Shown here piece after piece: positions 9,118 through 18,121 of a DNA stretch of 34,316 nucleotides (the first letter of the stretch is position 1; each line of letters begins with the position of its first letter). A program made the position numbers and the translations under genes. Source of the DNA: Devosia sp. (GTDB taxonomy: Bacteria > Pseudomonadota > Alphaproteobacteria > Rhizobiales > Devosiaceae). The stretch lies in contig JBKJMF010000364.1 of assembly GCA_046596525.1 (NCBI GenBank), positions 1 through 34,316 of the forward strand. The letters are read 5' to 3'. The notes under the pieces are model-generated. The model was not told the origin of the DNA, made no database searches, and was given only the letters and a program-made list of their open reading frames with translations.

Positions 9118-10401
9118 ATGACCAAGATCACTTCGCTCCAGACCTTCGACCTGCGCTTCCCGACCTCGGCCTCGCTCGATGGGTCGGACGCCATGAACCC
9201 CGATCCGGACTATTCGGCCGCCTACGTCGTGCTGGGAACCGATGAGGCGAACCTCGACGGGCACGGCCTCACCTTCACCATCGGCCGCGGCAATGAGGTG
9301 GTGGTGGCAGCGATCGAAGCCCTGCGCGACCGGGTGACTGGTCTCGAACTCGACTGGATCGCCGAGAACCCCGGCCGCTTCTGGCACCACGTCACCGGCG
9401 ACAGCCAACTGCGCTGGATCGGCCCCGACAAGGGCGCCATGCATCTCGCCACCGGCGCCGTGGTCAACGCGGTCTGGGACCTGCTAGCCAAGCGCGCCAA
9501 CAAGCCGGTCTGGCGCTACGTCGCCGACATGACGCCCGAACAGCTCGTTTCCATCATCGATTTCCGCTACCTCACCGACGCCATCACGCCCGACGAGGCG
9601 CTGGCCATCTTCCGCGCCGCGGAAGCCGGCAAGGCCGAGCGCACCGCCGAACTCGAGGCGAACGGCTATCCCTGCTACACCACGTCGGCCGGCTGGTTGG
9701 GCTATTCCAACGAGAAGTTGACCCGCCTTGCCACCGAAGCGGTCGAGGCCGGGTTCTCCCACATCAAGATGAAGGTTGGCCGCGACCTCGCCGACGACAT
9801 CCGCCGGCTCGAGATCGTCCGCGGCATCATGGGTCCCGATCGCTATCTGATGATCGACGCCAACCAGGTGTGGGAGGTCGACCAGGCCATCGACTGGGTG
9901 ACCGAGCTCAAACGCTTCAACCCCTATTTCATCGAAGAACCGACCAGCCCCGACGATATCGAGGGGCACCGGAAGATCCGCGAAGCCATCGGCCCGGTGA
10001 AGGTCGCGACCGGTGAGATGTGCCAGAACCGCATCCTGTTCAAGCAGTTCATCACTCGCGAGGCCATCGACATCGTCCAGATCGATGCCTGCCGCATCGG
10101 CGGCCTCAACGAGGTGCTGTCGGTTCTGCTGCTGGCCGCCAAATACGGCCTACCGGTCTGGCCGCACGCCGGCGGCGTCGGCCTTTGCGAGTATGTGCAA
10201 CACCTGTCGATGATCGACTATCTCGTCGTCTCGGGCACCAAGACCGGCCGGGTGATCGAGTATGTCGACCACCTGCACGAGCACTTCGTCGACCCCTGCA
10301 CTATCCGCAACGCCGCCTACATGCCCCCGCAACGCGCCGGCTTCTCAATCGAGATGAAGCCGGACTCGATCGCGGCGCACCGTTACGGAACCGATGCGTG
10401 A
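9118..10401 (+). CDS. fucD: L-fuconate dehydratase (enolase superfamily, FucD/ENOSF1 type)
   Basis: Hallmark DLRFPTS..LDGSDAMNPDPDYSAAY, LRWIGPDKG, YTTSAGWLGY, KMKVG, MIDANQ, IEEPTSPDD, ATGE, WPHAGGVGLCE, EYVDHLHEHF. Confidence 0.92.
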   Translation: MTKITSLQTFDLRFPTSASLDGSDAMNPDPDYSAAYVVLGTDEANLDGHGLTFTIGRGNEVVVAAIEALRDRVTGLELDWIAENPGRFWHHVTGDSQLRWIGPDKGAMHLATGAVVNAVWDLLAKRANKPVWRYVADMTPEQLVSIIDFRYLTDAITPDEALAIFRAAEAGKAERTAELEANGYPCYTTSAGWLGYSNEKLTRLATEAVEAGFSHIKMKVGRDLADDIRRLEIVRGIMGPDRYLMIDANQVWEVDQAIDWVTELKRFNPYFIEEPTSPDDIEGHRKIREAIGPVKVATGEMCQNRILFKQFITREAIDIVQIDACRIGGLNEVLSVLLLAAKYGLPVWPHAGGVGLCEYVQHLSMIDYLVVSGTKTGRVIEYVDHLHEHFVDPCTIRNAAYMPPQRAGFSIEMKPDSIAAHRYGTDA

Positions 10402-10478
10402 GTTGCCCGCCGATTAGCACGCGCTGGGCACCAAATAGCGCGGGCGTCCTCATTCGTAACGCAATATTCATCGCCTGA

Positions 10479-10507
10479 TTGCAGAACATAACTGGAACAC
10501 GTATAAG
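10479..10507 (+). promoter_or_regulatory. Putative lexA sigma70 promoter TTGCAG-N17-TATAAG
   Basis: Canonical 17-bp spacing; overlapped and flanked by SOS boxes. Confidence 0.65.
10484..10498. promoter_or_regulatory. Alphaproteobacterial SOS box GAAC-N7-GAAC
   Basis: GAAC ataactg GAAC, an exact match to the alpha LexA box, upstream of lexA. Confidence 0.9.
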
Positions 10508-10509
10508 AC

Positions 10510-10524
10510 GTTCAGTCTTTGTTC
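10510..10524. promoter_or_regulatory. Alphaproteobacterial SOS box GTTC-N7-GTTC
   Basis: GTTC agtcttt GTTC, an exact match, just downstream of the -10. Confidence 0.9.
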
Positions 10525-10546
10525 CGATTCTGCTCACGGGGCCGCC

Positions 10547-11266
10547 ATGCTGACGCGCAAGCAACACGAACTTCTGATGTTCATCCACGAGCGGATGAAA
10601 GAGTCCGGCATCCCACCCTCGTTCGACGAGATGAAGGATGCGCTCGATCTCCGCAGCAAGTCGGGCATTCACCGGCTGATTACCGCGCTCGAAGAGCGCG
10701 GCTTCATCCGGCGGCTGCCCAACCGGGCCCGGGCGCTCGAGGTGATCAAGCTGCCCGACTCGATGAACCCCTCGCTCGGCGGCCGCAAGGCGCGCTTCGA
10801 ACCGAGCGTTATCGAAGGCAATCTCGGCCGTGTCGCGGCGCCGGCGCGCTCGCCTGCTGCGGTGGTCAATGCCGACGCGTATCGCGCCGTCATGGTGCCG
10901 GTGATGGGCCGGATCGCTGCCGGTACGCCGATCGAGGCGATCCAGACCCACAGCCATTCGATCATGGTCCCGCCCGAGATGCTCGGCGTCGGTGAACACT
11001 ACGCGCTGGAAGTGCGCGGCGATTCGATGATCGACGCCGGCATCTTCGATGGCGATACCGTACTGATCAAAAAGCAGGACGCCGCCTCGACCGGCGAGAT
11101 CGTCGTGGCGCTCGTGGACGACGAGGAAGCGACGCTGAAGCGCCTCCGCCGGCGCGGCAACTCGATCGCACTCGAGGCCGCCAACCCCGCCTATGAGACC
11201 CGCATCTTCCCGCCCGACCGGGTGAAGGTGCAGGGGCGCCTCGTGGGCCTCCTCCGCAAATACTGA
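10547..11266 (+). CDS. lexA: SOS repressor LexA
   Basis: [44 protein letters not shown]; Ala-Gly cleavage site RIAAG; Ser in GDSM; Lys in ATLKR. Confidence 0.98.
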   Translation: MLTRKQHELLMFIHERMKESGIPPSFDEMKDALDLRSKSGIHRLITALEERGFIRRLPNRARALEVIKLPDSMNPSLGGRKARFEPSVIEGNLGRVAAPARSPAAVVNADAYRAVMVPVMGRIAAGTPIEAIQTHSHSIMVPPEMLGVGEHYALEVRGDSMIDAGIFDGDTVLIKKQDAASTGEIVVALVDDEEATLKRLRRRGNSIALEAANPAYETRIFPPDRVKVQGRLVGLLRKY

Positions 11267-11295
11267 ACTCCTGACCTGCCGCCAATCGGGTCTCT

Positions 11296-11324
11296 GGGCC
11301 GGCTGCCTCGGCCGGCCTTTTCTT
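11296..11324 (+). terminator. Rho-independent terminator after lexA
   Basis: GGCCGGCT-gcctc-GGCCGGCC followed by TTTTCTT. Confidence 0.75.
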
Positions 11325-11518
11325 ATGAAACCGAACGCTCCGGGCGACAATTGCGCTAGGGCCGGGGATGCAAAGGCGATACGGTCCGCGCCGCCGCCGG
11401 GGCCACCGCCGTTCGAATGGTTTCGCGATCCTACCAGGAGAGTGGACAACCTTCCCGATCACGCTCTAGCGGCATGGATCAACGCGCTGCAAACTTGCGG
11501 CGCGCGAGGGAGAAGGTT

Positions 11519-12424
11519 TTGGCAGGACAGGTCGAATGGGTCGCCGTTGATTGGGGCACCTCCAATCTGCGTGCATGGGGCATGGACGCCGCCGGCGAGA
11601 TCACCTTCTCGCGGTCGTCGCCAGACGGCATGGGCCGCCTCAGCCGCGAGCAATATCCCGATGTGCTGACCTCCCTGCTCAGTGGTGTCGCCGAGGATGT
11701 CGAGGACGTGCTGATCTGCGGCATGGCCGGCGCCCGCCAGGGCTGGATCGAAGCTCCCTATCTCGACGCCCCCGCCGAACTCGGCCGCCTCGCCGCCGGC
11801 GCCGTCACCCCCGACATGCCTGGTCCGCTCAATCCGCGCATCCTCCCCGGGGTCTGTCTCCGCGATGTGGGCGCCGAGGACGTGATGCGCGGCGAGGAGA
11901 CCCAACTGCTCGGCCTGTCTTCGCTCATTCCTGGATTCTCCGGCCTGGCGGTCATGCCGGGCACCCATAGCAAATGGGCGCTGCTCTCCGGCACGAAACT
12001 AGAGCGCTTCTCCAGCGCCATGACCGGCGAGATCTTCGAACTGCTCCGCACTCACTCAGTGCTGCGTCACTCGCTGGGCGGTGAGCGCGAAGGTGAGGAT
12101 CGCGATGTCGGTTTCGAAGCCGGTCTCGACCAAGGTCTCGAACGCCCGGAGCGGCTGACCGCCACTCTGTTCAAGGTCCGCGCCGGTTCGCTCCTCTCGG
12201 GCCGGAGCGCCCCGTGGTGCGCCGGCTTCCTCTCCGGCCTGCTGATCGGCGCAGAAATCGGCGGCCAGCGCGACTGGATCGGCGAGGCGGAGATTCCGCT
12301 GGTCGGCAGCGTCGGCCTCTGCGGGTTGTATCAGATGGGCTTCGCCCGGCTCGGCGCCACCACCCGTATCGTCGATGCGACCGACGCCACCCTGGCCGGG
12401 CTCAAGGCTGCAAGACAGGCATAG
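11519..12424 (+). CDS. dgoK: 2-dehydro-3-deoxygalactonokinase
   Basis: AVDWGTSNLRAW, CGMAGARQGW, DVMRGEETQ, PGTHSKW, MTGE, LSGLLIGAE. TTG start inferred from a GGGAG RBS; the track starts at 11417. Confidence 0.92.
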   Translation: MAGQVEWVAVDWGTSNLRAWGMDAAGEITFSRSSPDGMGRLSREQYPDVLTSLLSGVAEDVEDVLICGMAGARQGWIEAPYLDAPAELGRLAAGAVTPDMPGPLNPRILPGVCLRDVGAEDVMRGEETQLLGLSSLIPGFSGLAVMPGTHSKWALLSGTKLERFSSAMTGEIFELLRTHSVLRHSLGGEREGEDRDVGFEAGLDQGLERPERLTATLFKVRAGSLLSGRSAPWCAGFLSGLLIGAEIGGQRDWIGEAEIPLVGSVGLCGLYQMGFARLGATTRIVDATDATLAGLKAARQA

Positions 12425-12430
12425 AAGATC

Positions 12431-13042
12431 ATGAACCACCGCCACATCATCGCGATCCTTCGCGGCATCACTCCTCAAGAAACACTCGAAGTTTGCGACG
12501 CTCTGGTGCTCGCCGGCATCACCATGATCGAGGTGCCGCTCAACTCTCCCGAAGCTCTCCGCTCCATCAAGGACGCCGCCAAGGTGTTCGACGGCCGCGC
12601 TCTAGTCGGTGCCGGCACGGTACTGAACCGCTCCGATGTCGACGCCGTCGCCGATGCCGGCGGCCGCTTCGTCGTCTCGCCGGACACCAATCCAGCGGTG
12701 ATCGGCGCGACGCTCGAGCGCGGCATGACCTCGTATCCGGGTGTGTTCACCCCCAGCGACGCCTTCACCGCCATCCGCTCGGGCGCCACCGGCCTGAAGT
12801 TCTTCCCTGCCGAAGTCCTGGGGCCCAAGGGCATCAAGGCCATGAAGGCGGTGCTGCCGCCCGAGCTGCCCCTTTACGCCGTCGGGGGCGCCAACCCCGA
12901 CAATTTCGCCGAGTACTTCGCCGCCGGTTGCGCCGGCTTCGGGCTCGGCACCTACATTTTCAAACCCGGCATGTCGGCCGCCGATGTGGCATTGCGCGCC
13001 ACTGCCGCCGTCGCCGCCTATGACCAAGGAAAACCACGATGA
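12431..13042 (+). CDS. dgoA: 2-dehydro-3-deoxy-6-phosphogalactonate aldolase
   Basis: IIAILRGI, IEVPLNSP, VGAGTV, LKFFPA, AVGG; adjacent to dgoK. Confidence 0.93.
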   Translation: MNHRHIIAILRGITPQETLEVCDALVLAGITMIEVPLNSPEALRSIKDAAKVFDGRALVGAGTVLNRSDVDAVADAGGRFVVSPDTNPAVIGATLERGMTSYPGVFTPSDAFTAIRSGATGLKFFPAEVLGPKGIKAMKAVLPPELPLYAVGGANPDNFAEYFAAGCAGFGLGTYIFKPGMSAADVALRATAAVAAYDQGKPR

Positions 13043-13911
13043 ATTCGAAGGCCGAGCTGTTCGTCGACAGCCGCTGCGAACTGGGTGAAGGCCCGTTCTG
13101 GAACCCGCTGCTCGAGCGCCTGTTCTGGTTCGATATCCTCAACCAGACCATGCTGAGCGCTGGCACCGACGGCCACATCGTCGACCGCATCACCTTCAAG
13201 GACACGGTGAGCGCCGGCGCCGTCATTGACAAGGACGCGCTCGGCATCGTCCAGTCGGGCGCCCTGCTCCGCTACGAGTTCGCCACCGACACGACCTCGG
13301 TGATCGCCGAGATCGAAGATGACATCCCCACCAACCGCACCAATGACAGCCGCGTCGACCGCACCGGTGGCTTCTGGATTGGCACCATGGGTCGCAAGGC
13401 CGAAGCCGGCGTTGGCTCGGTCTACCGGTATCGTGCCGGTACCACGACCAAGGTCATCGAGCAGATCCGCATACCGAATTCGATCTGCTTTTCGCCTGAC
13501 GGCCGCACCGCCTACTTCACCGATTCCGGCAAGATGATCATCAAGTGCGCCACTGATCCGGCAACTGGCCTGCCGATCGGACCGTGGGAGGACTTCTTCA
13601 CCATGGAAGGCCCAGGCGGCGCCGATGGCTCGGTGATCGATTCCGAAGGCTACCTCTGGAACGCCCGCTGGGGTGGCGGCGCGGTGATCCGCATCTCTCC
13701 CGAGGGCAAGCTCGACAAGAAGGTCGAAGTGCCGGATGTCACCCGCGTGAGCTGCCCGGCTTTCGGCGGCAAGGACCTGAAGACGCTCTATCTCACCACG
13801 GCGCGCGAGCACATGACGCCCGAGGAACTGGAGCGCGAGCCGCATGCCGGTAGCGTCTTCGCCGTCGAACTTGATGTCCCCGGCATAGCCGAACCCTTCC
13901 TCAAACTCTGA
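13039..13911 (+). CDS. SMP-30/gluconolactonase family protein (probable galactonolactonase)
   Basis: LGEGPFW, RTNDSRVD, PNSICFSPDG, ADGSVIDSEG, CPAFGG; ATGA overlap with dgoA. Confidence 0.9.
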   Translation: MNSKAELFVDSRCELGEGPFWNPLLERLFWFDILNQTMLSAGTDGHIVDRITFKDTVSAGAVIDKDALGIVQSGALLRYEFATDTTSVIAEIEDDIPTNRTNDSRVDRTGGFWIGTMGRKAEAGVGSVYRYRAGTTTKVIEQIRIPNSICFSPDGRTAYFTDSGKMIIKCATDPATGLPIGPWEDFFTMEGPGGADGSVIDSEGYLWNARWGGGAVIRISPEGKLDKKVEVPDVTRVSCPAFGGKDLKTLYLTTAREHMTPEELEREPHAGSVFAVELDVPGIAEPFLKL

Positions 13912-13918
13912 GTCAAAC

Positions 13919-15877
13919 GTGTCCTTTCCCGCTATCGGCGTCTGCTACTACCCCGAACACTGGCCCGTGGCGCAGTGGGAGGAGGACGCCCGCCGCATGG
14001 TCGAAGTCGGCATCGAGTACGTCCGCATCGGCGAGTTCGCCTGGTCGCGGCTCGAGCCGCGGCCCAACGAGATGGATTTCGGCTGGCTGGTCGCCGCGAT
14101 GGACGTGCTCGGCAAGCACGGGCTCAAGGTCATCGTCGGCACGCCGACGGCGACCCCGCCACGCTGGCTGCTCGACAAGATGCCCGACATGCTGGCGGTC
14201 GACCGCGATGGCCGGCCGCGCGGCTTCGGCTCGCGCCGGCACTACGACTTCTCGCATCTGGGCTATCGGCGCGAGTGCGCCCGCATCACCCGCCTGCTGA
14301 TCGATCATGTCGGCAAGCACAAGGCGCTCGCCGGCTGGCAGACCGACAACGAATATGGCTGCCACGACACCGTGCACTCGTACTCGCAAGCTGCCGCCAT
14401 GGGTTTCCGGCTCTGGCTGAAGGACAAGTACAAGGGCATCGCAGCGCTGAACACCGCCTGGGGCAATGTGTTCTGGTCGATGGAGTACAACAATTTCGAG
14501 CAGGTCGATCCGCCGAACCTCACGGTAACCGAGGCCGCGCCGACTGCCTGCCTCGATTTCCGCCGCTACTCCTCGGCGCAGGTGGCCGCGTTCAACAAGA
14601 CGCAGTACGACCTGATGAAGGCCGCCCGGCCCGACCTCCCGGTGATCCACAATTTCATGGGCCGCTTCACCGAGTTCGACCACTACGAAGTGGCCGAAAC
14701 GCTGGATGTCGCGAGCTGGGACTCCTACCCGATCGGTCACCTCGCGGTTTCCAATGAGTCTGAGGAGGTGAAGGCCGCCTACTTCCGTCAAGGCGAGCCG
14801 GATGCGCAGGGCCTGCAGCACGATATCTATCGCGCCGTCGGTCACGGCCGCTGGTGGATCATGGAGCAGCAGCCTGGCCCGGTGAACTGGGCCGAGTACA
14901 ATCCCGACCCCCTGCCCGGCATGGCCCGGCTGTGGGCCTGGGAGGCGTTCGCCCACGGCGCCGAGGTGGTGTCGTACTTCCGCTGGCGCCAGGCGCCATT
15001 CGCGCAGGAACAGATGCATGCGGGCCTGTTGCGCCCGGACAGCCAGCCGGCGCCAGCCTACCATCAGGCAAAGCAGGTTGCGGCAGAGTTAAAGGAACTC
15101 GGCTTCGACGGCGTCGCCAACAAGGGCCGCGTCGCGATCGTCTACGATTACCAAAGTGAGTGGGCCTGGCGGATCCAGCCGCAGGCCAAGGGGTTCTCGC
15201 ACCATCAGCACGTGCGCAACGTCTATGTGCCACTGCGGAAGCGCGGCATCGACGTCGACATCCTGCCGCCCTCGACCACCGACTTCTCCGGCTATGACCT
15301 GGTGGTCATCCCGGCGTTGTTCGCCTGGAACGACGCGCTGCGAACCGCCATCGAGAACTTCGATGGCCATTTGCTGATCGGCCCCCGTACTGGATCGAAG
15401 ACCGAGAATTTCTCGATTCCCGCCGGCCTCGCCCCGGATCTGCCGCAGAACTTGCTCGATGCCAAGGTGGCGCGTGTCGATAGCACCGATCCCCGACACA
15501 ATGTGTCAGTGAAGGGCGGCGGTGCTGTCGGCCATTGGCGCGAGCGGCTCGATACCCGCGCGCAAATCGTCATCGAGGATGAAGAGGATTTCCCGGTGCT
15601 GGTGGCGCAGGGAAAGCTTCACTACCTCGCGGCCAGTGGTGATCGCGCCCTTATGCAGCGGATCGTGGACCACCTGCTCACCGAAGCGAAGGTGCCGACG
15701 CTGAACCTGCCTGCCGGCGTCCGTTGCAGGACTCGTGATAAATGGCGCGTTTACTTTAATTACGGCGACACTGCGGCAAATCTGTCGCCGGCTGACGACG
15801 AGAAGAGCTACGTGCTGGGCAATGCCCAGATCGAAGCCGCCGGCGTCACGGTAGCACTGCTCGCCACGGCCGACTGA
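13919..15877 (+). CDS. Beta-galactosidase, glycoside hydrolase family 42
   Basis: GVCYYPEHW, VRIGEFAWS, GTPTATPP, acid/base DNEY, nucleophile MEQQ, YFRWR, EQMHAG; no signal peptide; GTG start. Confidence 0.95.
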   Translation: MSFPAIGVCYYPEHWPVAQWEEDARRMVEVGIEYVRIGEFAWSRLEPRPNEMDFGWLVAAMDVLGKHGLKVIVGTPTATPPRWLLDKMPDMLAVDRDGRPRGFGSRRHYDFSHLGYRRECARITRLLIDHVGKHKALAGWQTDNEYGCHDTVHSYSQAAAMGFRLWLKDKYKGIAALNTAWGNVFWSMEYNNFEQVDPPNLTVTEAAPTACLDFRRYSSAQVAAFNKTQYDLMKAARPDLPVIHNFMGRFTEFDHYEVAETLDVASWDSYPIGHLAVSNESEEVKAAYFRQGEPDAQGLQHDIYRAVGHGRWWIMEQQPGPVNWAEYNPDPLPGMARLWAWEAFAHGAEVVSYFRWRQAPFAQEQMHAGLLRPDSQPAPAYHQAKQVAAELKELGFDGVANKGRVAIVYDYQSEWAWRIQPQAKGFSHHQHVRNVYVPLRKRGIDVDILPPSTTDFSGYDLVVIPALFAWNDALRTAIENFDGHLLIGPRTGSKTENFSIPAGLAPDLPQNLLDAKVARVDSTDPRHNVSVKGGGAVGHWRERLDTRAQIVIEDEEDFPVLVAQGKLHYLAASGDRALMQRIVDHLLTEAKVPTLNLPAGVRCRTRDKWRVYFNYGDTAANLSPADDEKSYVLGNAQIEAAGVTVALLATAD

Positions 15878-17981
15878 ACGGCGGAATGGCGGGGCGGACT
15901 TCAAAGGCACCCCGCCCCGCATCCCAGCGCAGCCAGTACACGCCGCCCTTGGCCAGGGCCGGCATATCGATCACCGTACGGGCAGCGCACGGTGAAGGCG
16001 CGGTGCGACGGCTGATGACCAGGTCGGCCAAGCCGCAGTCCTCGTAGAAGCCCGCCGGATCGCGGACAATGGCTGCGGAAAAGCCCCGCGGGCTAGTGCC
16101 GTAGCACCCGACACTGTCGCATCTGAGCAGTGCCGAGGCTCCGATCGGCTCACCATAGGTTTCGCGCCACACATCGACGGCAAAGCTGTCGCCCTTGCCG
16201 GCAACGAGACTCAGCCCATCCGCACCACGGATGACAACCGCCTGGGTGGTGTCGGCGATCAAGACGTCTGGCGGCTGGTCGAGGGCGAACAGCAGGACCG
16301 CGGGAAGCAGCAGGGCCGGTGCGATCAGCCGGTGCCAACTGGAGAGGAACGTGAACCATGCCAGTGCTCCAAGCCCGAGCAGCAGCGCCAACGGTGTCAG
16401 CAGCGGACTGTAGTCGAGGCCGCTGCTCCATGTGGCGACCAGACCGCCGAGGTCGAGCATGCGATCGATAGACCAGCCCATCACCGCCACGAATGGCGCT
16501 TCCCAACCGAACGGCATTGCCAACGTAGCGAGCACCGCGGCGGGCATCATGACGAAACCGACCAGCGGCAGCGAGAAAAGGTTTCCGAGAACACCGAGCG
16601 GCGAGGTCTGCTGGAAGTGGTAGACCGAGAACAGCAGCGTAGCGAGGCCTGCGATCACGCTGGTGAGGATAATGCCCCAGAGATAGCCGCCGGTGCGCGC
16701 CAGAAGCGACTGCTCCCTGCCCTCCGGCGGTCGCATTAGCTCCCAAGCACCGATCAGTGCAACGACGGCCGCGAACGAGAGCTGGAAGCTAGGACGGAAC
16801 ACGCTGGCCGGATCGGTGGCGATGACGATCAGTGCCGCGATCGCAACGTTGCGCATGGTCAGCGCCCGCCGGCCGAAGACGATGGCGCCGAGCACCAGCA
16901 CCAGCATGATGGTGGAGCGGAGCGCCGCGACATTGCCGCCCGAGATGGCGAAGTAGGCCAGCGACGCCAGCACCGCGCCCGCCGCGGCGACCCGCTTCAC
17001 CGACACCAGCCGGTGGACGCCGCCCACCAACGCAAGGCCGCCGCGCAGCGTCACCAGAACCAGACCAGCCACGATGGTGAGGTGCAGCCCCGACACCGAC
17101 AGCACGTGCGCCAGCCCAGCCGCCGCCATGGTTTCGCGTGCCTCGTCGGACACCGCGCTCTGGTCGCCGGTGATCAGTGCGCGGGCGATGCCTGCGGCGG
17201 GTTGCTGCAAATCGGCATCGATGCGCGCGGCGATGCCGCGGCGGATGCTATCGATGATGCGCTCAGGGGCGGAACTGTCGCCGGAGGAGACAGCTTCGAC
17301 GGTCCCGGTGGTGTTGCCATAGGCACCGACGCCGTCGAAGAAGGCGTGGAACTGGGTGTCGAAGCCGTTCGGAACCACCGGGCCCGGCACCGCATAGAAA
17401 CGCACTGGTGCCCGAATAATATCGCCCGGTGCCAATGCCGGGCCGTTCGCCACCACGATGCGGGCCCGCCGCATCGGCACGGTGCGGGACGTGCCGGTAG
17501 GCGTGATGGCCGAGACGATAGCTCGCACACCGCTCTCGGCTTCGGAGACGATCTCGTCCACGCGCATCTCGTAGGTGCCATAGGCCGGTCGCGCCAGCAT
17601 CGTCGTGCCGAACAGCGCAGCATGGATCGCCAGCAGGGAGAAGCCGGCCCAGAAGGTGGCGGCCATGGTCAGGGTTCTGAAAATGGCAAGCCGACCCCGG
17701 CTAAGCACTAGCCCAATAGCCAAGGCCGCTCCGACCAGCCCCAGCGCTATCGGATCCGGCTCTGTCAGCGTCGCCAGCGAGACAATGAGCCCACATATGA
17801 CCGCGTAGGGCCACAGCAGGAACAACCTGCGATACTCGAGCGCCGTGGCGATGCCAGTCGCGAACGCTTGCCATGGCGAAGGCCGGGGTCGGAGCGCCGG
17901 CGGCAATGCGGGCATGGGCGCCGGTTCGGCAGGTGCCAAAACCAGTCGTTCAGGCACCGCCTCCCCGATAGTCACGGCCAT
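15846..17981 (-). CDS. comEC: ComEC/Rec2 DNA uptake channel protein
   Basis: N-terminal TM and OB region; Competence domain ([28 protein letters not shown]); alpha-type C-terminus ending RPW; divergent from gltX. Confidence 0.9.
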   Translation of the reverse strand: MAVTIGEAVPERLVLAPAEPAPMPALPPALRPRPSPWQAFATGIATALEYRRLFLLWPYAVICGLIVSLATLTEPDPIALGLVGAALAIGLVLSRGRLAIFRTLTMAATFWAGFSLLAIHAALFGTTMLARPAYGTYEMRVDEIVSEAESGVRAIVSAITPTGTSRTVPMRRARIVVANGPALAPGDIIRAPVRFYAVPGPVVPNGFDTQFHAFFDGVGAYGNTTGTVEAVSSGDSSAPERIIDSIRRGIAARIDADLQQPAAGIARALITGDQSAVSDEARETMAAAGLAHVLSVSGLHLTIVAGLVLVTLRGGLALVGGVHRLVSVKRVAAAGAVLASLAYFAISGGNVAALRSTIMLVLVLGAIVFGRRALTMRNVAIAALIVIATDPASVFRPSFQLSFAAVVALIGAWELMRPPEGREQSLLARTGGYLWGIILTSVIAGLATLLFSVYHFQQTSPLGVLGNLFSLPLVGFVMMPAAVLATLAMPFGWEAPFVAVMGWSIDRMLDLGGLVATWSSGLDYSPLLTPLALLLGLGALAWFTFLSSWHRLIAPALLLPAVLLFALDQPPDVLIADTTQAVVIRGADGLSLVAGKGDSFAVDVWRETYGEPIGASALLRCDSVGCYGTSPRGFSAAIVRDPAGFYEDCGLADLVISRRTAPSPCAARTVIDMPALAKGGVYWLRWDAGRGAFEVRPAIPPFSRPWRAVLP

Positions 17982-18121
17982 CCGCCGAGCCCCCGCTCCG
18001 CATGATCACGGCGGCGATGCTAGCCGGGCGTGGGCGCGATGCCAACTGCCGCCCTTGCGCTCCGGGCCCTTGGTGCTTACACACCGCCAAACGCCAATTC
18101 TCCGGGATGTTTCACCGACCC

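Noticed and set aside
8047-9444. 465-aa minus-strand ORF and the many other antisense or alternate-frame ORFs in the track
   Set aside because: They overlap well-supported genes, have Arg/Ala/Gly-rich shadow composition and show no family motifs.
11325-11518. SOS control of the dgo cassette or comEC
   Set aside because: No GTTC-N7-GTTC or GAAC-N7-GAAC upstream of dgoK or in the comEC-gltX gap; a terminator follows lexA.
9118-13042. Idea that FucD supplies the missing D-galactonate dehydratase for dgoK/dgoA, forming one new pathway
   Set aside because: Characterised FucD enzymes act on L-fuconate/L-galactonate stereochemistry, not D-galactonate, and the two cassettes are separated by lexA and its terminator.
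15846-16300. ComEC lacking a recognisable C-terminal metallo-beta-lactamase domain
   Set aside because: This shorter architecture is usual for alphaproteobacterial ComEC, so it is not evidence of truncation.
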